Shown: positions 16,599 to 38,178 of the stretch, piece after piece
Numbering within the stretch: position 1 is the first letter of the stretch
Layout: every line of letters starts with the position of its first letter
Assembly: GCF_009914755.1 (NCBI RefSeq)
Contig: NC_060929.1
Length of the DNA stretch: 64,000 nt
DNA from: the human T2T-CHM13v2.0 reference genome, Homo sapiens
Strand: one strand, 5' to 3'
The notes under the pieces: generated by a model
Told to the model about the DNA's origin: nothing
The model's database searches: none
What the model saw: only the letters and a program-made list of their open reading frames with translations
Program-made: the position numbers and the translations under genes

Positions 16599-17151
16599 AT
16601 TTATTTTGAGACAGGGTTTCATTCTGCTGCCCAGGCTGGAGTCCAGTGGCGTTATCATGGCTCACTGCAGCCTCGACCTCCCAGGTTCAAGGGATCCTCC
16701 CACTTCAGTCTCCAACCATGCCTGGATAATTTTGTTGTTTTTGTTAGAGATGGGATCTCACTATTTTGTCCAGGCTGGTCCCAAATTCCAGGGCTCAAGT
16801 GATCCTCTCACCTCAGTCTCACAAAGTGCTAGGATTAGAGGCATGAGCCCCAAACAGGCCCCAGCTGGCTTTTCTTTTCTTCGTGACAGAGTCTTGCTGA
16901 AGTCCAGTGGCGCGATCTCGGCTCACCGCAACCTCTACCTCCTGGGTTCAAGCGATTCTCCTGCCTTAGCCTCCCAAGTAGCTGGGATTACAGGCACCCA
17001 TCATCACATCTGTCTAATTTTTGTATTTTTAGTAGAGACGGGGTTTTGCCATGTTGGCCAGGCTCGTCTCAAACTCCCAGCCTCAGGTGATCCGCCTGCC
17101 TCAGCTTCCTAAAGTGTTGGGATTACAGGCGTTAGCCACCATGCCCCACCC
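16599..17151 (-). mobile_element. Two tandem Alus (AluJ 16599-16860, AluS 16874-17151)
   Basis: Three copies of the target ccagc(t/c)ggctttt at 16585, 16861 and 17152. Confidence 0.88.
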
Positions 17152-18444
17152 CCAGCCGGCTTTTTAAAACAGTCTTTATCCTTTCCTTTTTCCGGGTGAT
17201 CTGAAAAATGAAGGCTTCATGACAGGAGTCTCTATAGCCTACACCATCCTGCAATTGCCAGTCAGAAAGAGTAGGAAGGCCTGAGACATTCTGTTTTCTG
17301 GCGTGTTGGCCAGATGCTCTGGATGGAGGCTGGGGCACCAGGGCCAGCTATAATCTTTTCCCAGCAGCCTGGCTGAAGTAGCTGTGGGACCAAGGCAACT
17401 GATTAAATGCAGAATAAAAGCTGAGAGAAAATGGGATAGAAATAAATTAGCTTTAGACCTCAAGGCTGTGTATGCAAGTGAAATGCAGTAGGGGCTGGGA
17501 GGCAGCATGGGAAGTCAGTCTTAGAGATTTCCCTGAAACAAAGGGATTATGGATTGTCCAATACAAGGAAATCCTTCTGTTCCACAGCCACATGACAGCC
17601 TCTTTTACTCAGGGCTGTTCATTCCACATTTTGCACACATTCTGAGATAATGGGATACACTAACTCCCTAAAAAAGCCCCAAGACTCCCCCAGCAGGCCT
17701 TCTATCCAGGCAGCACAGGCTGCAAAGCAGGGCTGGTCATCATCAGGGTACAGGGTCGATATTTCCTGCCATCCTTCAATAGTTGCCCTCCCTCTATCCT
17801 TGACAGATTCTCCACTTTTAAGTATTGAACTATGGTTACAGAAGAAGAGCTGCTGGGAGAGAATACATCTAACTGATCAGAATTTAACAAACAAACACTC
17901 AAAAGTATTTGGCAGAAGGAGAGAAGAGAAGAAATACAACGGAGAAGGTTCCCCATCTATGTCCTTGTGACTTAAATATCACAGAGAACCCATCCAGAAG
18001 GGGCTTGATCCAAAAAATGGACCATAGCAGCAGAGTTTAGAAGCATGCTTACTCTAGTTAAATCAGGGCTATTTCTAAAAAGGCTGGTCAGAGCTCTCTT
18101 TCAGGTTTGCTGCCAAAGGGCAGAAGCCTGTAGGTACTGGACTCCTGATGAGGCTCACTCCAGTCAGTGCCCACTGTACACCTTCTAATGCATACGCAGA
18201 CCATGGAAGGAAAGCAAGGTGCAGAACGGATGTACTGAGTCCCATGGCAATCACTACACGACTATGGGTGCTAGGCTGAATGAGGAGACCTTGCCACAAA
18301 TCCCACCTGCTCCCTCCCTATCATTACCTATATCCTCCAGATATCCAAGTCAAAAGCTTGTGTGAGTGATGAAGAAAGAGACTAGGAACCCCACTCAAGA
18401 CCTTCAGAGAGATGGCCCTTTCTGAGAGAGTCTGCTAGCTCTTC

Positions 18445-18625
18445 AAACTATAGAAAGAACATGGGCTTTGACATCAATGCTTTAGGTTTGAAGTGTAACC
18501 ATCCCATAAGTTAACTGCATGCTCTTGGGTGAGGACCCTCCTCTGTGAAGCCAAAATCCTACCCCTCACTCTGGCAGTTGTTGTGAGGATTAAATGAGAC
18601 AGTATATGTAAAGCCCCTGCCCCTA
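18445..18625 (+). mobile_element. MIR fragment
   Basis: gaaagaacatgggctttg...gttgttgtgaggattaaatgaga. Confidence 0.65.
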
Positions 18626-18789
18626 GCAGGCTCCTTTTCCACAGCCAGCCTTTCTCATATCCACAGCATACCTGGTCCAGGTGAGTCCAGTACTCTCTTG
18701 GTATGCTATGCTCTTCTACACATAAGAAATAGAGTAATTGGTAATTTTTCAGGTTATCTTTTCAAACATCAAAAAAATAAATAATCCTT

Positions 18790-19038
18790 GGGCGCTAAAC
18801 TACAAGGACACAAAGGCCTAAGAATTATATAATGGACTTTGGGGACTCGGGGAAGGGTGGGAGGGGGTGAGGGATAAAAGACTACACACATTGGGTATAG
18901 TGTACACTGTTCTGGTGACAGGTGCACCAAAATCTCAGAAATCACCACTAAAGAACTTATCCAGGCAACTAAACACCACCTGTTCCCAAAAAACTATTGA
19001 AAAAAGTAAAATTTAGAAAATAATAATTAAAAAAATAT
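18790..19038 (+). mobile_element. L1PB 3'-end fragment
   Basis: gggataaaagactacac...aaaatctcagaaatcaccactaaagaactt...; flanking repeat aaataaataatc. Confidence 0.75.
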
Positions 19039-19129
19039 AAATAAATAATCTTATGCTAAACTATTCCAGAGCCAAGAGAAAAGAGAAACTTTTTCTTTTG
19101 TAACTGAAAGCTAGCTGAGATGGAAGCTG

Positions 19130-20107
19130 CTAGTGGTCCCCCACAATCTGTTCTCCCATTCTTCCACAGTAGCAGAATTTTTGCTGGGCAAATAAAGTAT
19201 AAAGACTATATTTCTCGGCCTCCTTTGCAGGGAGGTATGGCCAAGGCACTACGTTTTGGCCAACAGATTATAAGCAGAAGCATCATTTGACAGCTTCTGG
19301 GATCCCCTTAAGAGATTTTTAAGTGCCCTTTACCTCCTCTTCTATGTCGCTCCTTCCACCCTGCTCCCTGGAATGCAGATCTTGCCATCTGGGATGATGA
19401 GGAAGGGCTATTCCTTAGGGATGGCATCCTAGTGTGACTCGAAGGAACTCAAGACCCAAGAGTCTACCCACAATACAGTTGCCACACCAACCCAAAGCTG
19501 CTGACCTGAAGATGCTGTTTACATGGAAAAAATAAATATCTATCCCATTATGTCATTTTCTGTCGCTTCCAGAAATATGATGTCTAGGCCACAGCCAGAC
19601 GCATCCTTGTGTAATTACCTCCCATTGGGTGTGGGAATATGACATGCTTCCAACCAATGGAATACGGCAAAGGTGACAAGATATATACGACTATGTGTAT
19701 GTGATTACACTACGTAAGACGGTAACATCTGTTTTGCTGAGAAACACTCTCCCTTGCTGGCTCTGAAGAAGCAGGCTGCCATGTTGTGAGCTGCTTATGG
19801 AGATAGCCATGTGGCAAGGAACTGAGGGCAGCCTCCCACCAGCAACAAACTAAGGTCTTTAATCTGACAGCCTGCAAAGAACTGAACTCTGCCAACAACC
19901 ACATCAGTTTAAAAGGAAATGCTTCCCAGTCAAGTGCCATATTAGACCCTAGCTCCAGCTGACACCTTGGACTACGGCAATGCAGAGGACCCGACAAAGT
20001 CACACTTGGACTCCTGACCTACAGAAAGTGTAATATAATAAGTGTGCATTGTTTTAAGCCACTAAGTTTGTGAGAATTTGTTACATAGCAATAGATAACT
20101 AATACAA
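19130..20107 (+). mobile_element. MLT1-family LTRs (two adjacent pieces, junction near 19580)
   Basis: gccatgttgtgagctgc...gcaaggaactgagggcagcc...ttttaagccactaagtttgtgagaatttgttacatagcaatagataactaataca. Confidence 0.75.
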
Positions 20108-20839
20108 TGACCAAAAACATTTATTTCAGAAATGTAAGGATGATTCACTACTAGATAATATATAAATAAATTCATCAACCTATGGAAGATATCATATTTA
20201 GTGGTAAAATATTAGAATCATTCCCTTTAAAGACAGGAAAAGGATAAGGATGTCTACTAGTATTTCAATAAACACTGTATTAAAGGTGCTAGACATTGCA
20301 ATAAGAAAGAGAAATGGAGGATAAAGATTGAAAAGAAACAAAATTATTTTTATATTAAATGATACGATTATCTACAAATAACATCCAAGAAAAAATGTAA
20401 ACTATTAGAACTAATAAGACATCAGCAAGTTTGTTGGCTATAAAGTCATATACCAGCAACAAACAATTATAAAATAAAAACTTGAAAATTAACCTCTTTA
20501 CAATAACAAATACTATGAGGTAATTAGGCATAACAAAAGAGATTGATTCACTACCTATATGGAAAAAATTATGATGTTTTATTAAAAGATGTGAGACCAT
20601 CTAACTGGAAAGACATATCATGTTCATGAACAGAAACACATTTTATAAATATGTTAATTCTCATAAATTAATCTATACATTTACTGCATTCTAGCTTAAA
20701 TATCCAGTGTTTTGTTGAGCCTCACAGAGTATGCCTAAAATCCATATGGAAGAGTAAAGCGCCAAAAATATCCAAGGCAATTTTTAAATTAATAAATAAT
20801 AGATGTACATATTTTGGGGATACGTGTAATAAATTTTTA

Positions 20840-21298
20840 ATAAATTTAATTTCCGGGACACACGTACAGGACATGCAAGTTTGTTACATGTAAACATGTG
20901 CCATGGTGGTTTGCTGCACCTATCAGCCCATCACCTAGGTATTAAGCCCTGCATGCATTAACTATTTATCCTGATGCTCTCCCACCTCTTGCCCCCCAGC
21001 CAACCACCCCAACAGGTTCCAGTGTATGTTGTTCCTCTTCCTGTGTCCATGTGTTCTCATTGTTCAGCTCCCACTTATAAGTGATAATATGTGGTGTTTG
21101 GTTTTCTGTTTTTGCATTAGTTTGCTGAGGATAATGGCTTCGAGCTCCATTCATGTCCTGCAAAGGACATGATCTTGTTCCTTTTTACAGCTGCATATGT
21201 ACCACATTTTCTTTATCCAGTCTATCACTGATGGGCATTTGGGTTGATTCCATGTCTTTGCTATTGTGAATAGTGCTGTAATGAACATAGGCATGCAT
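20840..21298 (-). mobile_element. L1PA (mid-age) 3'-end fragment
   Basis: L1PA 3'UTR (ggtttgctgcacctatcagcccatcacctaggtattaagccc) plus ORF2 tail [15 protein letters not shown]. Confidence 0.8.
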
Positions 21299-21385
21299 GG
21301 GATACATGTGCTATTTATTACATTCATATAATTTGTAAATATCAAATCAGTATAATTGGGATATCTATCACCTTAAATATTCATC

Positions 21386-25800
<4,415 letters not shown>

Positions 25801-27753
25801 ATAAATGCTACTGGTTTTTGTATGTTGATTTTATATACTGCCATTTTACTGAAATCGTTTATCAGTTCTAACAGTTTTTTTTGTGGAGTCTTTAGGTTTT
25901 TCTAAGTAGAAGATCTGTTGTTTGGAAGGCTAAGGTGGGAAGATTGCTTGAGCCCAGCAGGTCAAGGCTGCAGTGCACCATGATTGCACCACAGCACTCC
26001 AGCCTGGGTGACAGAGTAAGTCTCAGAAAAAGAAAAAAGTTCACTTTGTCTAAACTGTTTCTTCCTTTCCAATTTGGATGGCCTTTATGTTTCTCTCTTG
26101 CCTAATTGCTCTGGCCAGAACTTCCAGTATTCTGTTGAATAAAAGTGATGTAAATAGGCATCTTTGTCTTCTTCCTGATCTTGCAGGAAAAGTTTTCCAT
26201 TTTTCCCTGTTCAGTACAATGTTAGCTATGGGTCTGTCATATATGGCCTTTATTATTATGAGGTATGTTCCTTCTATATCCAGTTTGTTGAGGGTGTTTA
26301 TCATAAAGGGATGTTAAATTTCATTGACTGTTTTTTCAGCATCCATTGAAATGATTACATGGTTTTTGTTCTTGATTCTGGTAATGTGACATATCACATT
26401 TATTGATTTGCATATGTTGAACCATCCTTGTATCCCTGACCCAAGGCAATTTTAAACATGAATAAGGATGAAGGTTTTGTTCTACTTGATGTCAAAACTT
26501 ATATAAAGCTACAGTAATTAAAATAATATGAGATTGGTGCAAGGATAGAAAAAGAGACCAATGGATCAGAATACAAACCAATACAAATAAGAGAATTCAG
26601 TATATAGTAGAGGAACAATTATACTTCACTGGGGAAAAGATAGACTCTTTAGTACATAATGCCAGAACAACTAGTTGGCCACATGATAAAAACTAAAATT
26701 AAATCTATATCTCACAGCATACATAAAAATAAATATTAAAATAAAAACCCGTCAAAACTTTATACTCTCAGAAGATAATATAGGCAAATATCTCTATACC
26801 TCAAGGAAAGATTTCTTAAAACACACAGAGAATAAACTTCAAGAAAAAGATGGATAATTCTGACTTTCTAAAAATACTTTAAAATGTCTGTAACAAAAGC
26901 AACATAAGCAATGTGAAATGACCCGCTACACACAAGAATATATTTGCTATGCATATAATTGACAAAAGACAGTATCCAGACTATATATAATTCATGAAAA
27001 TACATATGAAATATATAATTACCCAGATTATATATATAATATATAAATGCCAACTAAAACATAAACAAAAGACTCTATGGGAAAAAATAGGGAAAAGATA
27101 TTAAGAGGCAATTAAAAAAGATGGCTGTATTGAAAACACACAAAAACCTACATAATCCAAACCAAAAAATCTCAGAGCAATCTGTATAGTATAATTCCAA
27201 TTGTCTGTGTGTGTGGGGGGGGAAACTACTCAATTTATATAGTAGTCAGGAAAGAGTAAATTCAAAAGAAGAATGAGATACTATACCATACCCATCAAAT
27301 TGGCAAAAAATAGAAACTCTAATACAAAACATTGACAAGGATATGGAGAAATAGGAACCATCAAACACAGTATGAGTTTTTTGAAACATAGTGGTTTATT
27401 TCCACTAGCAACCACTTTGGAAAACAATTTGGCATTATCTAGTGGTACTGAAAATGTGCATATAACCTAGCAATTCTACTTTAAGGCATATATCCTAGGG
27501 ACATACTTGCATATGTACCCAAGGAGTCATGCACAAGGATACTCATTGCAACATTGTGTATAACAGCAAAATAACTGGCATCAATCTAAATGTTCCTTAA
27601 CAAAGGTTTTCAAATAGTGGGATGCTAAACTAAGCTGTACACGGAGCTACATGTAACAACATAGAAAACTACTAAAACACTATCTGTGTGTGTATGTGGT
27701 AGGGGGGATACAATGAAGACAGATATATATGACAAACTATAAAGAACAGATAC

Positions 27754-28357
27754 TGCCAGGCGGGCACAGTGGCTCATGCCTGTAATCCCAGCACTGTGGG
27801 AGGCCAAGGCGGGTGGAGCAAGAGGTCAGGAGTTTGAGACCAGCCTGACCAACATAGTGAAACCCCGTCTCTACTAAAAATACAAAAATTAGCTGGGCGT
27901 GGTGGCGGGCGCCTATAGTCCCAGCTACTCAGGAGGCTGAGGCAGGAGAATGGTGTGAACCCGGGAGGCAGAGGTTGCCGTGAGCCAAGTCGCGCCACTG
28001 CACTCCAGCCTGGGTGACAAAGTGAGACTCCGTCTAAAAAAAAAAAAGAATAGATACAATAGGCCAGGAGTGATGGCTCACGGCTGTAATCCTAGGACTT
28101 TAATAGGCTAAGGCAGGCCTATCACTTGAGCTCAGGAGTTTGAGACCAGCCTGGGCAACATGGTGAAACCCTGTCTCTACAAAAAATATAAAAATTACCC
28201 AGGTGTGGTGGCACTCACCTGTAGTCCCAGCTACCTGGGGGACTGGGGCAAGAGGATTGCTTGAACCCAGGAGGTCGGGCTGCAGTGAACCAAGATCGTG
28301 CCACTGCATTCCAGCCTGGGTAACAAAAGTGAGAACCTGTCTCAAAAAAAAAAAAAA
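27754..28357 (+). mobile_element. Two Alus (AluS 27754-28047, AluJ 28062-28357)
   Basis: Full dimers with A tails. Confidence 0.88.
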
Positions 28358-30299
28358 TAGATATGATACACACCAAATTCAGAACAGTGGTTACCTCCGG
28401 GGGAGAACAAAGGGAAATACAAAGGATTATGAAAGGGTCATCAACTATATCTAATATCTTATTTCTTTAAAAAATCTGAAGCAAATATAGCAAATTTTAG
28501 TTTATTAAATCTGGGTAGTGAGCGTAAGATTTTCTGAACTCCTCTTTGAAATATTTCATATTTTTGAAATAATACAAAAATAAATAAATACTCATTGCAG
28601 AAAAGGCTTTACTAAGTATCTCATAAAAAAATAGAAACCATGAAATAAGCATCCATTTTCTCTAAATAAACATTTTAAACTTCCATATAGAAATGTATCA
28701 TAAATAAGGATGAAAGAGAAATACAAATTTGGGGAAATATTTGCAAAACAGAAGATTAATCCCTGAAACATAAAGAGCTGTATTGTTTTCAACAATGTCC
28801 TAGGGCACAAATTGCTCCACAAATGAATCAAATCAACTTTGCCCCCTTTGAAGGAATAGTTGCTGAGGTTACTGTTTGATATTTCTTCTGATCCTAGGAG
28901 GGCTCCTTCCAACTGGCTTACTCCCCGGTTCCCTCCTGAGAACTAGCCCACGTATAGTTTGATTCTGATGCTATATCCATGAATCTCTCCCAGTTTCATT
29001 TCACCACAACCTCCACAGTTCTTCAAAGTGTCCTTAGGTTTGAACTTCTGCATGCTCTGTTGCAAATGCAGTCAGTTCCTTCGGGAAGAGATTAAGAGCT
29101 ATCTGTTTTATGGCCTAACTCAGGCCAAACCTCTGAGTTAGGACCCTGGAGCTAGAGGTGGAAACAATAACAAGGTTCTGAGTGCTCAGTGAGTTGGGGG
29201 ACAGCAGCCCAAGGCCCTTCGTCACATGGAACCACCATCTCAGGAGCTGGGGAAAGGCAATTAGGACTCTAGTATTCTCTGTGTGCCACAGCCAAGATCC
29301 AAGATAGAGCTTCCATTCTACAAGCAGGAGATGAGCTGAAGAAGGGACTCTCCCACCCCCCAACTCCCAAACTCTCAAATGCAGTTGCCTGGGACTTGGC
29401 CTTAGCAACAGGTAGCAAGGGGCAGGAGAGAAGTGTTAACAGTCTGCTCCTTCTGGGAAGCAAGCCCTTGGACTTGGGGGAAAGGGAGCTCTGGGTGCTT
29501 GGCTGCAGCAGTTTGGAATGGCGTCTCCACTTCACCAAGCTGGAAGCAGGCAGTGAGGGAGACGTCTTATGTGAGATAACACAGACTCCCACCTTTCACA
29601 CCAAATTTCACAGATTTCCTTGAGCAGATGTTTCTTTATTTACTCTTTGCCCTTGGGACTATTCCCAAAGACTAATTTTTAAATAACGTACACAAGTTTT
29701 ACTAGGAGTGGGTCAACAAAGCTCCTCACACTGTCAAGACAGAAGATGATGTCTCCTGTATCATTTAAATATTTTATGATGAGCATATATATTATCTGCA
29801 AAACCAAGGAGGACATTAAAAATAAAAACAGAGAAAGAGAGAGAAACTGAAAGCTGGTAGGAGGTAAGAAAGTAAGAACTTCCAGAACAGTAAGAGAAGC
29901 CCATGCTGGCTGGTGGCCTCCTTGCCAGTCTCTGTAGTTCCATTCTTCTCTTTGCTTCAATAAATGAATTATACTCTTTCTAATAACCTCAGCCCGTGAA
30001 CAGGACCTTAATGAGAAAACAGGCACACCTGAAATAACTCCAACTTTGGGAAGCACAGTGGATTTTTCCTTGAATCCAGATGTCTAACGGGAGGTGAGTG
30101 GAACACCAAGAGAGGAATGTTGTAGGCAATGGAACCACAGTGGAAACAGCTGTGGAGAACTGATGAAAATTATATCAAACAGAGCCTAGTGTCAGGCCAA
30201 GCAACTAGGCTAAGAATACCAAAAGCACTGTCTTCCCTCTTTCCCCACTCCTGGTACTTTGCAGCTAATCTGTCTTCATTATTATTCGCCTGCTTTAAT

Positions 30300-30433
30300 T
30301 TTTAATTATTAGTTTTTGAGATAGGGTCTTGTTATGTTTCCCAGGCTGGTCTTGAATTCCTGGCCTCAAGTGATCCTTCCACCTCAGCCTCCCAAAGTGC
30401 TGAGATTACAGGTGTGAGCCACTGTACCTGGCC
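30300..30433 (-). mobile_element. FLAM / Alu left monomer
   Basis: gagatagggtcttg...gagccactgtacctggcc. Confidence 0.8.
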
Positions 30434-30824
30434 TCTGTTTTTATAACCCAGTCTTTCTGTGGTTTCACTGTTACCAGAAATGGATTTCTCCTGAATCACT
30501 GTGCATGGGATTCAGTGGATTTCCTGAATCAGAATTCATGTATTTTATCAATTTAAAGAGGTTTGGAAAAGTATCAGCCAAACCTCTTTAAATAGAGGTT
30601 TATTCTCTTTATTCTTCTGAAACTCATGTGAGACCTTTATATTCAAATCTTCACATCTCTTAACCTCTTTTTTCATTTTTCTGTCTATGCTGCACTTTAG
30701 GTAATTTCTTCCATTCTATACTCTAGTTTACTTAATTACTCTTCAGCTGTGTCTAACCAGCTATTTACCTTGTCTACTGAATTCCTAACTGCAATTAGAT
30801 TTTCAACTTCAAGAAGTTCTATTT

Positions 30825-31395
30825 GTGAATCAACCTAACTGTCCATTAATGAATGAATGGATAAAGAAAATGTGATGTACACACACAATGGAATATTATT
30901 CAGCCAGAAAAAAATAAAGAAAAACTGCCATTTGTGACAATACAAATGAAACTAGAGGACATTATGTTAAGTGACATAAGCCAGGCACAGAAAGACAAGT
31001 ATTGCATCATCTTGTGCATACGTGGAATCTAAAAAAATTTATCTCATAAAAGTAGAGTAGAATGGTACTTACCAAGGGCTGGGGTAAAAGATAGGATGTC
31101 GGGCCAGGTTGCTGGGGCAGGGGAGTATTGAGATGTTGGTCAAAGGATACGAAATTTCAGATGGACAGGAGGATTAAGTCCAAGATATCTATCATATAGC
31201 ATGGTGACTGTAGTTAATAACAATACATTGCATTCCTGAAAAATGCTGAGGCAGGGATGTTAAGTGCTCTCACCACAAAAATGATAACTTATGTGAGCAA
31301 GATTAGTCATTCCAGAATGTATATATATTTTGAAATATCATGTTTTACAAAATAAATACATATAATTTTATCTGCCAAGTAAAAATTTTTTTTAA
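30825..31395 (+). mobile_element. L1MA 3'-end fragment
   Basis: caacctaa..gtccat..gaatggataaagaaaatgtg...tctcaccacaaaa; flanking duplication aagaagttcta at about 30811 and 31400. Confidence 0.75.
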
Positions 31396-31798
31396 TTTAA
31401 AAGAAGTTCTAGTTGCGTCATTTTCTAATCTGTCCATTGTCACTTTTGATAGCCTATTGTTTTTTTGCCCATACTTTTGATAAAATCTTATTTAAGCGTA
31501 TTATTTTATATTCTGTTTTCTGTGAATTTTACTACCTATAATTTTTTAAATTTTTATTTATTTATTTATTTATTTTTTCTTCCTTTTTTTTTTATTATAC
31601 TTTAAGTTTTAGGGTACATGTGCACATTGTGCAGGTTAGTTACATATGTATACATGTGCCATGCTGGTGCGCTGCACCCACTAACTCGTCATCTAGCATT
31701 AGGTATATCTCCCAATGCTATCCCTCCCCCCTCCCCCCACCCCACCACAGTCCCCAGAGTGTGATATTCCCCTTCCTGTGTCCATGTGATCTCATTGT

Positions 31799-35659
<3,861 letters not shown>

Positions 35660-35695
35660 TTAGTTGATGCAGTTTCTTCCTAGTCTCGATGGTCT

Positions 35696-36712
35696 TTACA
35701 TTTTGGCATGATTTTGCAGCGGCTGGTACTGGTTGTTCCTTTCCATGTTTAGCGCTTCCTTCAGGAGCTCTTTTAGGGGAGGTCTGGTGGTGACAAAATC
35801 TCTCAGCATTTGCTTGTCTGTAAAGTATTTTATTTCTCCTTCACTTATGAAGCTTAGCTTGGCTGGATATGAAATTCTGGGTTGAAAATTCTTTTCTTTA
35901 AGAATGTTGAATATTGGCCCCCACTCTCTTCTGGCTTGTAGGGTTTCTGCCGAGAGATCCGCTGTTAGTCTGATGGGCTTCCCTTTGAGGGTAACCCGAC
36001 CTTTCTCTCTGGCTGCCCTTAACATTTTTTCCTTCATTTCAACTTTGGTGAATCTGACAATTATGTGTCTTGGAGTTGCTCTTCTTGAGGAGCATCTTTG
36101 TGGCGTTCTCTGTATTTCCTGAATCTGAATATTGGCCTGCCTTGCTAGATTGGGGAAGTTCTCCTGGATAATATCCTGCAGAGTGTTTTCCAACTTGGTT
36201 CCATTCTCCCCATCACTTTCAGGTACACCAATCAGACGTAGATTTGGTCTTTTCACATAGTCCCATATTTCTTGGAGGCTTTGCTCATTTCTTTTTATTC
36301 TTTTTTCTCTAAACTTCCCTTCTCGCTTCATTTCATTCATTTCATCTTCCATTACTGATACCCTTTCTTCCAGTTGATCGCATCGGCTCCTGAGGCTTCT
36401 GCATTCTTCACGTAGTTCTCGAGCCTTGGTTTTCAGCTCCATCAGCTCCTTTAAGCACTTCTCTGTATTGGTTATTCTAGTTATACATTCTTCTAATTTT
36501 TTTTCAAAGTTTTCAACTTCTTTGCCTTTGGTTTGAATGTCCTCCCATAGCTCAGAGTAATTTGATCGTCTGAAGCCTTCTTCTCTCAGCTCGTCAAAGT
36601 CATTCTCCATCCAGCTTTGTTCCGTTGCTGGTGAGGAGCTGCATTCCTTTGGAGGAGGAGAGGCGCTCTGATTTTTAGAGCTTCCAGTTTTTCTGTTCTG
36701 TTTTTTCCCCAT
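35696..36712 (-). CDS. L1 ORF1p, RNA-binding/chaperone protein, 338 aa
   Basis: MGKKQNRK start, coiled coil, RRM and CTD; REKG, R261/R262 and YPAKLS motifs intact; canonical length. Confidence 0.97.
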   Translation of the reverse strand: MGKKQNRKTGSSKNQSASPPPKECSSSPATEQSWMENDFDELREEGFRRSNYSELWEDIQTKGKEVENFEKKLEECITRITNTEKCLKELMELKTKARELREECRSLRSRCDQLEERVSVMEDEMNEMKREGKFREKRIKRNEQSLQEIWDYVKRPNLRLIGVPESDGENGTKLENTLQDIIQENFPNLARQANIQIQEIQRTPQRCSSRRATPRHIIVRFTKVEMKEKMLRAAREKGRVTLKGKPIRLTADLSAETLQARREWGPIFNILKEKNFQPRISYPAKLSFISEGEIKYFTDKQMLRDFVTTRPPLKELLKEALNMERNNQYQPLQNHAKM

Positions 36713-37615
36713 CTTTGTGGTTTTATCTACTTTTGGTCTTTGATGATGGTGATGTACAGATGGGTTTTTGGTGTGGATGTCCTTTCTGTTTGTTAGTTTT
36801 CCTTCTAACAGACAGGACCCTCAGCTGCAGGTCTGTTGGAATACCCTGCCGTGTGATGTGTCAGTGTGCCCCTGCTGGGGGGTGCCTCCCAGTTAGGCTG
36901 CTCGGGGGTCAGGGGTCAGGGACCCACTTGAAGAGGCAGTCTGCCGGTTCTCAGATCTCCAGCTGCGTGCTGGGAGAACCACTGCTCCCTTCAAAGCTGT
37001 CAGACAGGGACATTTAAGTCTGCAGAGGTTACTGCTGTCTTTTTGTTTGTCTGTGCCCTGCCCCCAGAGGTGGAGCCTACAGAGGCAGGCAGGCCTCCTT
37101 GAGCTGTGGTGGGCTCCACCCAGTTCGAGCTTCCCGGCTGCTTTGTTTACCTAAGCAAGCCTGGGCAATGGCGGGCGCCCCTCCCCCAGCCTCGCTGCCG
37201 CCTTGCAGTTTGATCTCAGACTGCTGTGCTAGCAATCAGCGAGATTCCGTGGGTGTAGGACCCTCTGAGCCAGGTGTGGGATATAGTCTCGTGGTGCGCC
37301 GTTTTTTAAGCCGGTCTGAAAAGCGCAATATTCGGGTGGGAGTGACCCGATTTTCCAGGTGCGTCCGTCACCCCTTTCTTTGACTCGGAAAGGGAACTCC
37401 CTGACCCCTTGCGCTTCCCAGGTGAGGCAATGCCTCGCCCTGCTTCGGCTCCCGCACCGTGCGCGCACCCACTGGCCTGCGCCCACTGTCTGGCACTCCC
37501 TAGTGAGATGAACCCGGTACCTCAGATGGAAATGCAGAAATCACCCATCTTCTGCGTCGGTCACGCTGGGAGCTGTAGACCGGAGCTGTTCCTATTCGGC
37601 CATCTTGGCTCCTCC
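36713..37615 (-). promoter_or_regulatory. L1 5'UTR: internal sense promoter, antisense promoter, CpG-rich, YY1 site
   Basis: YY1 motif CAAGATGGCC near 37598-37607; many retained CpGs in 37120-37600. Confidence 0.9.
37168..37383 (+). CDS. L1 ORF0 (antisense ORF in the 5'UTR), 71 aa
   Basis: ATG at 37168; MAGAPPPASLPPCSLISDCCASNQRDSVGVGPSEPGVGYSLVVRRFLSRSEKRNIRVGVTRFSRCVRHPFL* matches the primate ORF0 as recalled. Confidence 0.88.
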   Translation: MAGAPPPASLPPCSLISDCCASNQRDSVGVGPSEPGVGYSLVVRRFLSRSEKRNIRVGVTRFSRCVRHPFL

Positions 37616-37630
37616 AATTTTTATTTATTT

Positions 37631-37765
37631 TAAAAAATTATTAATAGAGACAGGTTCTCGCTTTGTTGCCCAGGCTGGTCTCAAGCTCCTGGCTTCAAGT
37701 GATCCTCCTGCCTCAGCCTCCCAAAGTGCTGTGATTACAAGTGTGAGCCACTGCACCCCATCTAG
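37631..37765 (-). mobile_element. FLAM / Alu monomer whose A-rich tail received the full-length L1
   Basis: The monomer begins immediately after the L1 5' TSD. Confidence 0.75.
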
Positions 37766-38178
37766 CTATAGTTTTAAAAGTTTGATTATCTGTTTCTGCT
37801 GTCTTTCACTCATAGTGCCTTATTTTTTATGTGCTTTGTGATGTTTTGGTTGTGAGCTCATGATCATAGGAAGATTTTTGTTTGTGGGGATGCTCTGAGG
37901 CCTGGATGTGAGTTCCTCCAAAGAGGATTTGTTTCTGCATCTACCAGTAACCCAGAAATTCTGCCAATTTCAAACTACGTTTTAAAAAAAACCTTTTCCC
38001 ATGGAAATTTTCATGTATATACTAAAATACAGAGAATGGTATAATAATCCCCATGGACTCTTCACTCAGCTTTCAAAATTATGAAGTCATAGCTAGCACT
38101 ATTTTATCTATACCCCGACTCAGCCACCTACCCACCTCCTCAGATCTCAAAATAAAGCATAATGGAGACATCCTATCT

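Noticed and set aside
28592-30056. Cluster of 75-125 aa ORFs
   Set aside because: Appears to overlap a degenerate old L1 5' region; no coherent protein or splice structure.
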